Assembly: GCA_963751455.1 (NCBI GenBank)
Contig: CAVVUN010000002.1
Location: 512,001 to 576,000 of the forward strand
Reading direction: 5' to 3'
Length of the DNA: 64,000 nt
DNA from: Nitrospirota bacterium
Lineage (GTDB): Bacteria > Nitrospirota > UBA9217
A program made the position numbers and the translations under genes. Shown piece by piece: positions 16,337 to 26,773 of this stretch (its first letter is position 1; each line of letters starts with the position of its first letter). The notes under the pieces are model-generated. The model worked only from the letters and a program-made list of their open reading frames with translations, did no database searches and was not told where the DNA came from.

Positions 16337-19300
16337 GTGAAAATATTAATCGTTGACGATGATCCCGAGATCCGGGATGCAGTAGCCCTGACGCTCACCG
16401 AGCATGGACATGACGTTCTGGAAGCCGAAGACGGGGCGCAAGGACTGGACGTTGCAACAGGTCATCGACCCGATGCTATTGTCTCGGACGGCCTTATGCC
16501 CCGCATGGATGGATACCAATTTTTAAAGGCACTGAAATCCGATCAAAAATTGAAGGCAACGACGTTTATTTTCTATACCGCGGTTTATACCGGAGAAGAG
16601 GCGATAAAGTTTGGTTCCTCATTAGGTGCGGACGGGTTCATCGCGAAGCCCAAAAGACCGGATCTTTTCTGGAAAGAATTTTCCGCGATCCTTGCAAAAA
16701 AAACAAGCGGAGGAAAGGACGTTGTTCAATCTCCGGGAAACGGCAGTGAGGAAGAATACTTCAGGAACTACAGCAGCATTATCGCGGCACAGCTTGAAGC
16801 GAAGGTGCGTGAACTCGAACAGGTCATCGATGAGCATAACCGGGTCAAATCCGTATTGCAGGATAGCGAAGAGCGATATCGCAGCTTATTTGAGAGCAAC
16901 CCTCACCCAATGTGGGTCTATGATATTGAATCCCTGTCGTTTCTTGCTGTAAACGACGCTGCGATCCAGAACTATGGCTATTCCCGGGACGAGTTTCTTT
17001 CTATGACCATCAAGGAAATCCGTCCTCCTGAAGACATTCCCGCCCTGCAGAAAACACTTGATAATGTTGGCCAGGGGTACTCGCAATTCGGGTCCTGGAG
17101 ACATCGAAAAAAAGACGGTACTCACATCGATGTCGAAATAACCGCTCATATTCTGACCTTTTGCGGAAGGCCGGCCCGTCTGATCCTCGCCCAGGACGTA
17201 ACGGAAAAGAAACGCCTGGAGAGGGTAATCAAGGCCGCCGCGGTAGAATGGCGTCGGACGTTTGACGCAATAACCGATGCAATATGCTTATTGGACGAAC
17301 AAGGCATAATCCGCCGCTCGAACCAGGCCATGGCCGGTCTTTTTGGAAAATCCATTAACGAAATCATAGGCCGGCATTGTTGTGACATAGTACACGGCAC
17401 AAGCCATCCGGCCGAAGAATGCCCATATGCCGTGACCCGAATCACGAAAAAAAGAGCCAGCACTGAAATGACCCTTAGCGAAAGATGGTATGAAGTGACA
17501 ACCGATCCCTATTTCGATGCCTCCGGGAAATTGATCGGCGCTGTCCACATCATGAGCGATATTACCGGGCGGAAACAGTTGGAGGATGCCCTCAGAGCGG
17601 CCGTCGTAAAAGCCGAAGACGAAAAGGCCAAATCACACGGAATTCTTGATGCGGTCGCAGACGGCATTACTATTCAAAACCGGGATTTCAGAATTGAATA
17701 TCAAAATCAATATCTGATAAACATCTTCGGAGACCGGGTCGGCGAATTCTGCTACAACGTGTATGAAAAGAAAGATAGGCAATGCGAGGGGTGTCCCGTG
17801 GCATTGTCGTTTGAAGATGGCGAAATTCATACTGCAGTAAGGACCGTTCCCATGAAGAACGGCATTATGTCTTTCCAGAATACCGCTTCTCCGATACGGG
17901 ATTCAGGCGGGAACATAATATCCGCGATTGAGGTTGTCAGGGACGTTACGGAGCGTGAGCGATATCGGGAAGCATTGGAAGCGTCCGAAAAGAGATACCG
18001 GGATCTCTTCGAAAACGCCAATGATGCGATAGTTCTGGTCGATTCGGACTTTCGGTTCATCGATGTGAATAAAAAATCGGAGGAGATGACCGGCTTCTCC
18101 AGGGGCGAACTGCTGCAAATGGGCATTCTCGATATGGTTGATCCGGAACAGATCCCGGCATCGAAAAAAGAATTTTTAAAATTGAGCAGCTTATGGGGAT
18201 CCGAAAAGTTTCACGGAAAAATCAGGACCAAACAAGGGCGGTGGCTCGATGTTGAGGTAAGCTCTTCCGCAATTCGCAAAAACGGAAAAACAGTGGGCTC
18301 TCGTGACATCATCCGGGACATAACTGATAGAAAGCGGGCTGAAAAAGCATTGCGAGCGAACGAGGAGATATTGTCCGTATACAGCAAAGAGCTTACCGCC
18401 CTGAATGTGGCGTCAAACACTTTGATGCTCATTACAAATCTCAAGGATATGTATCAGGCAATATGCGACATAATCTATTCGGTCTTTGAATTAAAGATGG
18501 TGTGGTTGGGCATTATTGAAAAAGGAAACCAGGATGTGAAAGCTGTGGCGTATGCAGGTGAGGAGAAAGGTTATCTTTCCAAGATTCAGATCACTTGGGA
18601 CGACTCACCCACAGGCATGGGGCCGACCGGCATGGCCATCAAAACAAAAAAGAGCTGCCGCTCCCATATCGATGATGCAGCGTATGCGCCGTGGCGCGGT
18701 TCGGCCGTCCAAAACGGTTACCATGCCTCGCTCGCGGTTCCTTTAATCTATGCTCGCGACAAGTGCATCGGCGCCCTGAATTTTTACAGTGAAGACCCTG
18801 CTTATTTCTCTCCCGACAGAATCAAGTTGTGCGAAATATTCGCCAACCAGGCCGCCATCGCAATAGAAAACGCGATGCTTATCGAGGAACTCAAGGAAAC
18901 GGTACTCGAAAGAACCAGAGAAATAGAGGATGCCAACCGGGAGCTTCAGTTCATCAACCGGGAGCTTGATGTGCGGAGGGAAGAGGCAGAGGCCGCCAGC
19001 AGATCCAAGACGGATTTTCTGGCAAATATGTCGCATGAACTCCGGACGCCTCTTAACTCGATTATGGGCTTTTCAGAAATCATGTCGCTCGGAATGGCAG
19101 GACCTCTGACAGAAAAGCAGAAAGAATTTGCGAGAGACATTAATACGAGCGCGAATCATCTGCTGGCCCTTATCAACGACATTCTCGATTTATCCAAGAT
19201 CGAAGCAGGAAAAGTTGAGCTTGAATTAAGCTATGTGAAGCCGAAGGAGCTTGTCGAAAGCAGTCTCTTTCTGTTCAAGGAAAAGGTACTGAAACATGGA

Positions 19301-19708
19301 ATAAAACTGGACATCAACATTGATGACCGGATTGACAGTATCCGGGTCGACCAGAGAAAGTTAAAGCAGGTATTGATAAATCTGCTCAGCAACGCACTCA
19401 AGTTCACTCCGGAGGGCGGCAGCATCCGGGTGTCTGCAACAAAGTCGCCGGATTCCGATCGCTTCCTCGAGATTTCCGTCGCGGATTCCGGAATCGGAAT
19501 TTCACGCGAAAACCAGAAGAAGCTTTTCCAGCCCTTTCAGCAGATTGAGACGAGCCTTACCCGGAAATATGCCGGTACGGGTCTCGGACTCAGCCTATGC
19601 AGAAAATTCGTAGAATCGCACGGCGGGAAAATATTTGTTGAAAGCGACGTCGGCAAAGGAAGCACATTTACGTTTACCATACCGATCCGTCCCGAGACGC
19701 AGGCATAG
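16337..19708 (+). CDS. Hybrid sensor histidine kinase (REC, 4 PAS, GAF, HisKA, HATPase)
   Basis: KILIVDDD, PAS/PAC repeats, FLANMSHELRTPLN, NLLSNALKFT, DSGIGI, GTGLGL. Confidence 0.95.
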   Translation: MKILIVDDDPEIRDAVALTLTEHGHDVLEAEDGAQGLDVATGHRPDAIVSDGLMPRMDGYQFLKALKSDQKLKATTFIFYTAVYTGEEAIKFGSSLGADGFIAKPKRPDLFWKEFSAILAKKTSGGKDVVQSPGNGSEEEYFRNYSSIIAAQLEAKVRELEQVIDEHNRVKSVLQDSEERYRSLFESNPHPMWVYDIESLSFLAVNDAAIQNYGYSRDEFLSMTIKEIRPPEDIPALQKTLDNVGQGYSQFGSWRHRKKDGTHIDVEITAHILTFCGRPARLILAQDVTEKKRLERVIKAAAVEWRRTFDAITDAICLLDEQGIIRRSNQAMAGLFGKSINEIIGRHCCDIVHGTSHPAEECPYAVTRITKKRASTEMTLSERWYEVTTDPYFDASGKLIGAVHIMSDITGRKQLEDALRAAVVKAEDEKAKSHGILDAVADGITIQNRDFRIEYQNQYLINIFGDRVGEFCYNVYEKKDRQCEGCPVALSFEDGEIHTAVRTVPMKNGIMSFQNTASPIRDSGGNIISAIEVVRDVTERERYREALEASEKRYRDLFENANDAIVLVDSDFRFIDVNKKSEEMTGFSRGELLQMGILDMVDPEQIPASKKEFLKLSSLWGSEKFHGKIRTKQGRWLDVEVSSSAIRKNGKTVGSRDIIRDITDRKRAEKALRANEEILSVYSKELTALNVASNTLMLITNLKDMYQAICDIIYSVFELKMVWLGIIEKGNQDVKAVAYAGEEKGYLSKIQITWDDSPTGMGPTGMAIKTKKSCRSHIDDAAYAPWRGSAVQNGYHASLAVPLIYARDKCIGALNFYSEDPAYFSPDRIKLCEIFANQAAIAIENAMLIEELKETVLERTREIEDANRELQFINRELDVRREEAEAASRSKTDFLANMSHELRTPLNSIMGFSEIMSLGMAGPLTEKQKEFARDINTSANHLLALINDILDLSKIEAGKVELELSYVKPKELVESSLFLFKEKVLKHGIKLDINIDDRIDSIRVDQRKLKQVLINLLSNALKFTPEGGSIRVSATKSPDSDRFLEISVADSGIGISRENQKKLFQPFQQIETSLTRKYAGTGLGLSLCRKFVESHGGKIFVESDVGKGSTFTFTIPIRPETQA

Positions 19709-19752
19709 CGCGCGGGGGGCTTGAGCGGAAACAGCATTATAGAGGGTAAAAC

Positions 19753-20871
19753 ATGTCAGAAAAGTGTTCTCAGCAGAAAATTTTAATCGTAGACGATGAA
19801 GAAATGAATCGCAAAGTAATATCGTACATGCTCCAAAACAACGGGTACCTTCTTGAAACAGCGTGTAACGGCATCGAAGCCCTCGAAAAGGCGGAAAAGA
19901 CAGGTCCGGACCTGATCCTGCTGGATATAATGATGCCGGACATGGACGGATTTGAAACTTGCAGGCGATTGAAGGAAAATGCGTCTACGGCGCATGTGCC
20001 CGTCGTTATGGTTACGGCGCTGGCAGATAAGGACTCGAGAATTCGCGGACTGAGCGCCGGCGTCAATGATTTTGTTACTAAACCTGTTGACACCCTCGAA
20101 TTGATCCTTCGGACCAAGAACCTGCTCAAGGTAAAGGAGTACGGAGATTTATTGAGGCGTCACAAGGAAGAGCTGGAAATTGAGGTCGCAACGCGGACGA
20201 TGGACCTTGGGTCCGCCCTGAACGAACTCGGGAAGATGAACCAGGCGCTGAAGGAATCTCAGAACGGGATCAAACAAAGTTATATCGATACGATCTATCG
20301 GCTTACGATGGTCGCTGAATTCAAGGATGAAGACACGGGAGCCCATATTAAAAGGATCGGGCAGTATACGGCCCTCATGGCTCGGCATCTGGGTCTCCCG
20401 GAAGATTCGGTCGATATGATACGGTATGCAAGCCCAATGCATGATATCGGCAAGGTCGGTATTCCGTCAGATATTATCCTGAAACCGGCGCGGTTGTCGG
20501 TTGAGGAATTCGCTCTGATGAAAACGCATACAACGATTGGGGCGAAAATACTTCAAGGGTCAAGTTCCGAGCTGCTCGCCATGGCCGAGCGGATCGCATT
20601 GGCCCATCACGAACGATGGGACGGCAGCGGATATCCAAAAGGACTCAAGGGCGATGAAATTCCGATTGAGGGAAGAATCATGAATCTTGCCGATCAGTAC
20701 GATGCTCTCCGCAGTCTAAGGCCGTACAAACCGCCATTCGATCATACCAGGACGGTGAAAATAATCACGGAGGGCGACGGGCGTACCATTCCGGAACATT
20801 TCGACCCGAGGATAATGGAAATATTCGGTGATATCCATAAAGAATTCGACGTAATATTTGAAAACTATTGA
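19753..20871 (+). CDS. Response regulator with HD-GYP c-di-GMP phosphodiesterase domain (RpfG-like)
   Basis: REC (LLDIMMP), [21 protein letters not shown]. Confidence 0.93.
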   Translation: MSEKCSQQKILIVDDEEMNRKVISYMLQNNGYLLETACNGIEALEKAEKTGPDLILLDIMMPDMDGFETCRRLKENASTAHVPVVMVTALADKDSRIRGLSAGVNDFVTKPVDTLELILRTKNLLKVKEYGDLLRRHKEELEIEVATRTMDLGSALNELGKMNQALKESQNGIKQSYIDTIYRLTMVAEFKDEDTGAHIKRIGQYTALMARHLGLPEDSVDMIRYASPMHDIGKVGIPSDIILKPARLSVEEFALMKTHTTIGAKILQGSSSELLAMAERIALAHHERWDGSGYPKGLKGDEIPIEGRIMNLADQYDALRSLRPYKPPFDHTRTVKIITEGDGRTIPEHFDPRIMEIFGDIHKEFDVIFENY

Positions 20872-21042
20872 GAATGAATTCCCTCACATGTGGGATTGCA
20901 AAGTGCAAAATAGAATATCATCGATGTGACTCATGGCGTCAAAACCAGTTGACATCAGAACTCAAATGCTTTACAAATGCTTTAAACACCAATTCAAGTC
21001 CGCTTCAAAATCCCTTACAGGCCCGCCGAGGAGGAGGTATTT

Positions 21043-21766
21043 ATGTTTGCTGAAAAGCATGTCTTGATCGTCTGTCATACGGCTGCAGGCCAAATGTACC
21101 TTGGCGTGCTGATGAAGCGGATTTGGTACAGCCCGATGCTGGCCAAAGACGTGGAGGAAGCGCTTGCGCTCACGCACAAGAACCGCTTCGACGTCATAAT
21201 CCTAGATGGGGATTCTGCCCGATCCAAATTTGCGTAGATCCCTTTCGCTTCTCAGAGATAATTCAGCCACCAAGGACCTTCCGCTGGTAGTGTTCATGGT
21301 TGAGGAAAGTTCTGCGAAGAAAGAAGCGTTGATCAGCGAGGGGTGTACCGCGATTCTGAGCAAACCGCTGGACCTGGCCCTTGTATACGGAGTGCTCGGC
21401 CGGCTCTGCGACGAACCGAGGAACGCTCCCAGGATACCGGTCAAGTTCAGGGTCGCCATTGAGGAAGATGTCCCTGAAAGGGAGCTGACGTGCATCAATC
21501 TGTCTGAAGGGGGAATGTACCTTCGCACATACATACCCCTTCCGGAAGGACGAATCATAAACGTCGCGTTTACGCTGCCGCACGATACGAACATCGTGAA
21601 ATTAGAGGCCCAAGTCGTGCGGACAGCCGCTCTCGGAACGCAGATGGAAGTGGAGCCGGGCATGGGACTCCGTTTTTTGATGATGCCCGATGATATGAAG
21701 CAGCTTATCAGGAACTTTGTGCAGTGGGAAATGGTGGGCGATCTCACGTGGGAGCCTAATTTATGA
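21043..21766 (+). pseudogene. REC-PilZ protein split by a single frameshift
   Basis: ORFs 21043-21237 and 21206-21766 join if one T at 21213-21214 is removed (ILDGD|LPDPNL); PilZ motifs RNAPR and NLSEGG. Confidence 0.75.
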
Positions 21767-21889
21767 GAAAAATCACCTTATATTTCAAAGCATTTCTGTT
21801 TAACTATAATTATTTGAAATTAACAGTTAATTTTGTTATAATTGGGCTAAGGGAAAAGGATTAATGTAAATCTCGAAATAGAGGTCATC

Positions 21890-22990
21890 ATGTTTAACCT
21901 GTCAAATAGACCGATATCCTGCAAAACAACAAAACGCCAGCTTGGTAAAATATTGGTAGATGGCGATTTTGTCACGCCCGATCATATTAAGACCGCGCTC
22001 GAACAGCAAAAGCAGACCAATGAGCAGCTGGGGGAAATACTTATCCGCAGCGGAGTTTTGAGCCCGTTTGAACTCAAGGCCGTTCTTTCGATTCAGACCG
22101 AGCTCGCTTGCCCGGAAGATGCCTTGAAGGCGGCTGCTGGCGCCCGGCTTCTTCTCGGTGAAATCCTCCTCAGGGCAAAGCGGATCAGCCGGGAGCAGCT
22201 CGATTGTGCTCTTAGCGAGCAGAAGCGTACAGGCGATAAGCTTGGTACCGTATTGATACGGCTTGGGTTGCTGACCGAAACTGAATTGAAGGCTGCACTT
22301 GCATTTCAGCTGGATCAAGATGGCGAGGCTCCGGTACTTAACAAATTACGCCTCGGAGAGATACTCGTAACTACAGGACAGATCAGCCGAACCCAACTCG
22401 AGGATGTTCTCAACCGACAGAAAATGTCCAAAAAGAAAATAGGAGAACTGCTCGTAGAAGCCGGGTATCTGGAGGCCCAGCAGGTCGACTATACTCTTAA
22501 ACTGCAGCAAAAGCTTCTGACTGCCGCCCTTATAGCGGCGCTTTCCATGTCCAGTATGCTGGGCGATCAGGAAGCGCACGCGATGAGTTCGGGAGTAAGT
22601 ACCAAGATAAACATAGCAGCTACCGTGTTGCCACATACCAGCATCACGGTTCTGAGCCAGGTACCTGAACTGGTTGTTACAAATATCGACATCAAACGCG
22701 GGTATATTGAAGTCCCTTCGGCTACGCGCATTAGTGTGAAGAGCAATAACCCTGCCGGATATTTGCTCGCGTTTGAGCCAATGGGCGCTATTGATTCATT
22801 CTTCACTTCAGTTAACGTTCTTATCGCGGGACGAGAGATGCAGTTGTCGCCGAACGGAGCAGGCTGGGTCCCGCAGCCTTATATTCGAGGCGGTGTAATA
22901 CAGAACGTGAATTACCGATTCGCGCTTTCAAAGAACGCTCAACCAGGCACTTACAACTGGCCGTTGATGATTTCAGTCCATCACATTTAG
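21890..22990 (+). CDS. MshEN-repeat protein fused to an internal signal peptide and a pilin-like beta domain
   Basis: Six (R/K/Q/L)(L/I)GxxLxxxGxxxxxxLxxxLxxQ-type motifs, then KLLTAALIAALSMSSMLGDQEAHA and a domain ending PGTYNWPLMISV. Confidence 0.75.
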   Translation: MFNLSNRPISCKTTKRQLGKILVDGDFVTPDHIKTALEQQKQTNEQLGEILIRSGVLSPFELKAVLSIQTELACPEDALKAAAGARLLLGEILLRAKRISREQLDCALSEQKRTGDKLGTVLIRLGLLTETELKAALAFQLDQDGEAPVLNKLRLGEILVTTGQISRTQLEDVLNRQKMSKKKIGELLVEAGYLEAQQVDYTLKLQQKLLTAALIAALSMSSMLGDQEAHAMSSGVSTKINIAATVLPHTSITVLSQVPELVVTNIDIKRGYIEVPSATRISVKSNNPAGYLLAFEPMGAIDSFFTSVNVLIAGREMQLSPNGAGWVPQPYIRGGVIQNVNYRFALSKNAQPGTYNWPLMISVHHI

Positions 22991-23124
22991 GACTATGCTT
23001 TTCAGGGCCGCTTTACTAACCCGCTACAAGCAAATAAGCAATCGATTCAAATTCGTCACCTTAGTTTTTTCTCGATATATGCGTATTAATTTTGTGTCAG
23101 TAAAATAAACGGGGAGGCGGTGTC

Positions 23125-23220
23125 ATGACAACGATCTTGATTATGGCAGGAGTAATGGCCCTGGTCTATGTTTACGCGGCGATCTCATTCCACTACGCGT
23201 TCAAGAAATTCCCGGTCTGA
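23125..23220 (+). CDS. Small membrane protein (31 aa) MTTILIMAGVMALVYVYAAISFHYAFKKFPV
   Basis: GGGGAGG RBS, single hydrophobic helix; below the ORF-track cutoff. Confidence 0.55.
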   Translation: MTTILIMAGVMALVYVYAAISFHYAFKKFPV

Positions 23221-23514
23221 CGAGGCGCCAAATCGCCGGCGGCGCCGGCGAAAGGACAACTCCTCAGGTTCGACAGTAAAAAATAATAAACGAGCAATTT
23301 GAAAAATACCTTCCTAGCCGTCTTGCCTGTAAAAGCTTCCGGAGTTCGCAACATCCGGTCGGTTCATCTCGCTCTTCTAACTATTTTCTCATAGCCGATA
23401 TGCCCCTCTCTTGTGAAAATAGAGTGATACAATTGAGATAGAGAAGTACTCCTCCAATTTGCAAAATGCAAACTGCAAATCCTTCACTGTATGATCGCTA
23501 AGGGAGCTATCTTC

Positions 23515-24483
23515 ATGGACAAGCGTGAACTCGGAAAATCAGGACTGAAAGTCGCGCCTTTTGCCCTGGGTTGCAATGTGTTTGGATGGACCGTGGACGA
23601 ACCAACGGCATTTGCTCTTCTAGACGCGTTTACAGCGTCCGGTTTCAACCTGATCGACACCGCGGACGTGTACTCGCGCTGGGTCGTGGGCAATAGAGGA
23701 GGCGAATCAGAAGTTATTATCGGCAAATGGCTGAAGCGGAAAGGGAACCGAAGCAAGGTGCTTGTGGCGACCAAGGTCGGCAGCCCCATGGGCCGCGGCG
23801 AAGGAGGACTGTCAAAAAGGTACATTATGCGGGAATGCGAGGAGTCCCTTCATCGCTTGCAGACAGACCATATAGACCTGTACCAGTCCCATTTCGATGA
23901 TCCGGACACTCCCTTGGACGAGACGCTGGAAGCGTATGCGGAACTGGTCAGGCAGGGTAAGGTCAAAGCCATCGGCGCTTCAAACTATTCGCCGGACAGG
24001 CTTCGAGAATCGCTGGAGCTCAGCAAAGAACGCGGTTTGCCAGCGTACCAGAGCCTTCAGACATTATACAATCTGTACGAACGCCGGGAGTACGAAACCG
24101 TTCATGAGCCGTTCTGCAGGGAGCATGGACTGGGCGTTCTGAGCTACTACTCACTGGCCAGAGGCTTCCTGACCGGAAAATACCGGTCTCCGGAGGACCT
24201 GTCCAAGAGTGTGCGGGGGATGATGATCGCAAGGTTCCTGAATACCCGCGGACAAAGCATCCTTCAGGCCCTCGATTCCGCGGCCCGGAAGTATCATGCA
24301 TCGCCTGCGGCAGTGGCGCTGAACTGGGTGATGGCGCGGCCCACGGTAACCGCCGCTATAGCGAGCGCAACCAGTGTGAGTCAATTGCAGATGCTGATCG
24401 AAGCAGCACGGCTTGACATGGATTCCGAGACGCTTAAGCTCCTGAACGCGGCGAGCCGGGAGGACAAGGCTGTGGCCGCGTGA
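23515..24483 (+). CDS. Aldo/keto reductase
   Basis: IDTADVYS, GESEVIIG, ATKVG, DHIDLYQSH, IGASNY. Confidence 0.93.
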   Translation: MDKRELGKSGLKVAPFALGCNVFGWTVDEPTAFALLDAFTASGFNLIDTADVYSRWVVGNRGGESEVIIGKWLKRKGNRSKVLVATKVGSPMGRGEGGLSKRYIMRECEESLHRLQTDHIDLYQSHFDDPDTPLDETLEAYAELVRQGKVKAIGASNYSPDRLRESLELSKERGLPAYQSLQTLYNLYERREYETVHEPFCREHGLGVLSYYSLARGFLTGKYRSPEDLSKSVRGMMIARFLNTRGQSILQALDSAARKYHASPAAVALNWVMARPTVTAAIASATSVSQLQMLIEAARLDMDSETLKLLNAASREDKAVAA

Positions 24484-24825
24484 TCGGTTATTTTCAGCAA
24501 CTTACCACAGCAGGTTCGGAAATGTGTGCCGTGATATAAGCCTTATAATGGTCAAGCATACGTCAGTGAATTTCTCCGACGGATAACTTGACTCCTCGCA
24601 ATGATCGCATTGACTTCAATTTGCTGTCTCTCCATACACTTTCCCATATTTTCTGATATAACAGAAATAGCAGCATAACGGTGCCGGTTTAATGCCATCT
24701 TTGCGAGCGAAGAGAAGCAATATTGCGTTCATAACGCTTTTAAATACAGTTTGCCGCCTCGCAAAATAGTGTCTCGCAATGACACCGAGGAGTTTATTAA
24801 GAGCTAGACCTGTGTCTTTCAAGAT

Positions 24826-25902
24826 ATGAATAATGCACAGAATAAAAGGGACTCGGGTTTGTACGCTAAAGGGGGATGGTTTTCGCGAGCAGGAGTTATC
24901 AACGTGGTGCTGTTTATGGCGACAGCACTTGCTTTCTATGTCTGTTATCTGCTTTTGAATCCATTCCTGCCCTCCATTACCTGGGCGCTGACCCTCGCCG
25001 TGGTTGCCTATCCCCTGCACGATCGGCTGGTCAGGCGCTTCAAATACCCGAATATTGCATCCGCGCTGACAGTCACAATCGTCACACTCCTGATCGTGGG
25101 TCCAGGAATATTTGTCGGGCAAACCATCGTAAACGAAACCATTGCAGGAGTTGAAAGCCTGCGGAAGCAGACCGAGTCCGAACAGTGGCGCGCTACTATC
25201 GAGAAACATCCACAGCTGGCACGAGCCTTCAACAGGGTGCAGCCTTATCTGGACATTCGCGGCATAGCCGAGCGTGCGGCAAATGCGCTGGCGAAAGGGC
25301 TTTCCGCTCTCGTTGGCGGCTCTATCTGGCTCCTGGCCCAGCTTCTCATTACCTTATTCACCCTCTTTTACCTGCTTCGTGACCGGCACACGATACTGAA
25401 GGCAGTCGCGTCTCACATGCCTCTGTCGCAGCCCGAGACTGACAGGCTGTTTTCACGTGTAACCGATACCATTCAGGCTACAATCTATGGAATCTTCGCT
25501 GTCGCTCTTGTGCAAGGCACCCTCGGCGGGCTTATGTTCTGGTGGCTCGGGCTTCCCGGGCCGGTGCTGTGGGGAATTGTCATGGCTTTGCTCGCGCTCA
25601 TACCTGTGCTCGGCGCACCCGTGGTATGGGTACCGGCTGCAGTCATTCTTGCGCTTACCGGAAGCTGGGGCAAGGCTATAATCCTGACAGCCTGGGGATT
25701 TATTGTGATAGGAATAATAGATAATCTGCTTTACCCTATCCTTGTCGGCGATAAACTGCAGATGCACACGCTTCTGGTCTTTTTTTCGGTAGTCGGAGGA
25801 CTGGTTCTGCTGGGTTCATCCGGGCTTATATTCGGTCCGGCAGCCGTTGCCGTAATAACTGTGTTGATGGATGTATGGCGGGAGCGTACGTCGGAGCAAT
25901 AA
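24826..25902 (+). CDS. AI-2E family transporter
   Basis: Multi-TM; IPVLGAPVVWVP, IDNLLYPILVG, GLIFGP. Confidence 0.9.
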   Translation: MNNAQNKRDSGLYAKGGWFSRAGVINVVLFMATALAFYVCYLLLNPFLPSITWALTLAVVAYPLHDRLVRRFKYPNIASALTVTIVTLLIVGPGIFVGQTIVNETIAGVESLRKQTESEQWRATIEKHPQLARAFNRVQPYLDIRGIAERAANALAKGLSALVGGSIWLLAQLLITLFTLFYLLRDRHTILKAVASHMPLSQPETDRLFSRVTDTIQATIYGIFAVALVQGTLGGLMFWWLGLPGPVLWGIVMALLALIPVLGAPVVWVPAAVILALTGSWGKAIILTAWGFIVIGIIDNLLYPILVGDKLQMHTLLVFFSVVGGLVLLGSSGLIFGPAAVAVITVLMDVWRERTSEQ

Positions 25903-25917
25903 ACCTAAAAACGGCAT

Positions 25918-26053
25918 TTGAACACGGATGAACACGGAAACAGCGGATCAAAACAATGTGATAGAGCAAAAAGCCATCTCGCCTTTTGGGTGAATCCATT
26001 ACTGTTCGTAACTTCCTATAAATCCGTGTTGATCAGATTTTATCCGTGTCCAA
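25918..26053. repeat. REP-like palindromic unit with AACACGGA repeats
   Basis: TTGAACACGGAT/ATCCGTGTCCAA and AACACGGA/TCCGTGTT nested inverted repeats. Confidence 0.55.
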
Positions 26054-26161
26054 CTGCTTTTTTCAGGATAAAGCATTCAGAAAAAAACTTATCGGTGATC
26101 AACTTGGGGCTTCCGGATGGTGCGAATGTCATGAACTGCACGCTGTTTTGTTGTGCGGCAT

Positions 26162-26190
26162 AAAAAAAGGCCCTCGTAAAATGAGGGCCT
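26162..26190 (-). terminator. Intrinsic terminator
   Basis: AGGCCCTC/GAGGGCCT stem with a T-run on the minus strand, just after the small lipoprotein gene. Confidence 0.7.
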
Positions 26191-26210
26191 TGACATTTTC
26201 CTTCTTGAGA

Positions 26211-26357
26211 CTACTTAGTTGCGGTGGCCGTCGGCGCTGACTCGGTCATGGTAGGCGCAGACTTTTCCGGCGCAGGGGTTTGACTCTTCTCGCACCCGGC
26301 TATTGCAAAAACCACGGCAATTGCCGTGCCTGCTATGATTACAGTGATCTTTTTCAT
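26211..26357 (-). CDS. Small lipoprotein (48 aa)
   Basis: AAAGGGGGTG RBS; MKKITVIIAGTAIAVVFAIAGC lipobox followed by a Pro/Ser/Thr-rich tail. Confidence 0.7.
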   Translation of the reverse strand: MKKITVIIAGTAIAVVFAIAGCEKSQTPAPEKSAPTMTESAPTATATK

Positions 26358-26773
26358 GTGATTTCACCCCCTTTCTTGTCTTCCATATGACCCGCAATGC
26401 GTTTTCGTAAAAGAATCAATATAAATAAAAAGCGCACCGCAGTATGGGATTATGGGGAGACCGTTTCCACAAAAGCTTTATTTTGGCCTTGAAGCCCCGA
26501 ATATCGCTGTTTCAAACGGTTGAGATTATATTCTTTCTGTCGCGAAAATCAAGAGAATTTATACATCTGTGAAGTCAAAGTCAAAATGCCCGGCTGGTCA
26601 CTCGGAACGGCCGCAAACGGCTTTCGGTGTTTCCTGCAAGTATCTGTTCCATGCAGCAGTCTCCCGGCCTGCGCGACTTTCTGAAGCATTATTCAGGCGA
26701 AGCTTGAGAAGGTCCCCGACAGATGTTAAACTTATAAAGTGGCAGGTTGGCAGGCGCTTGAAAGGGGACCCAT

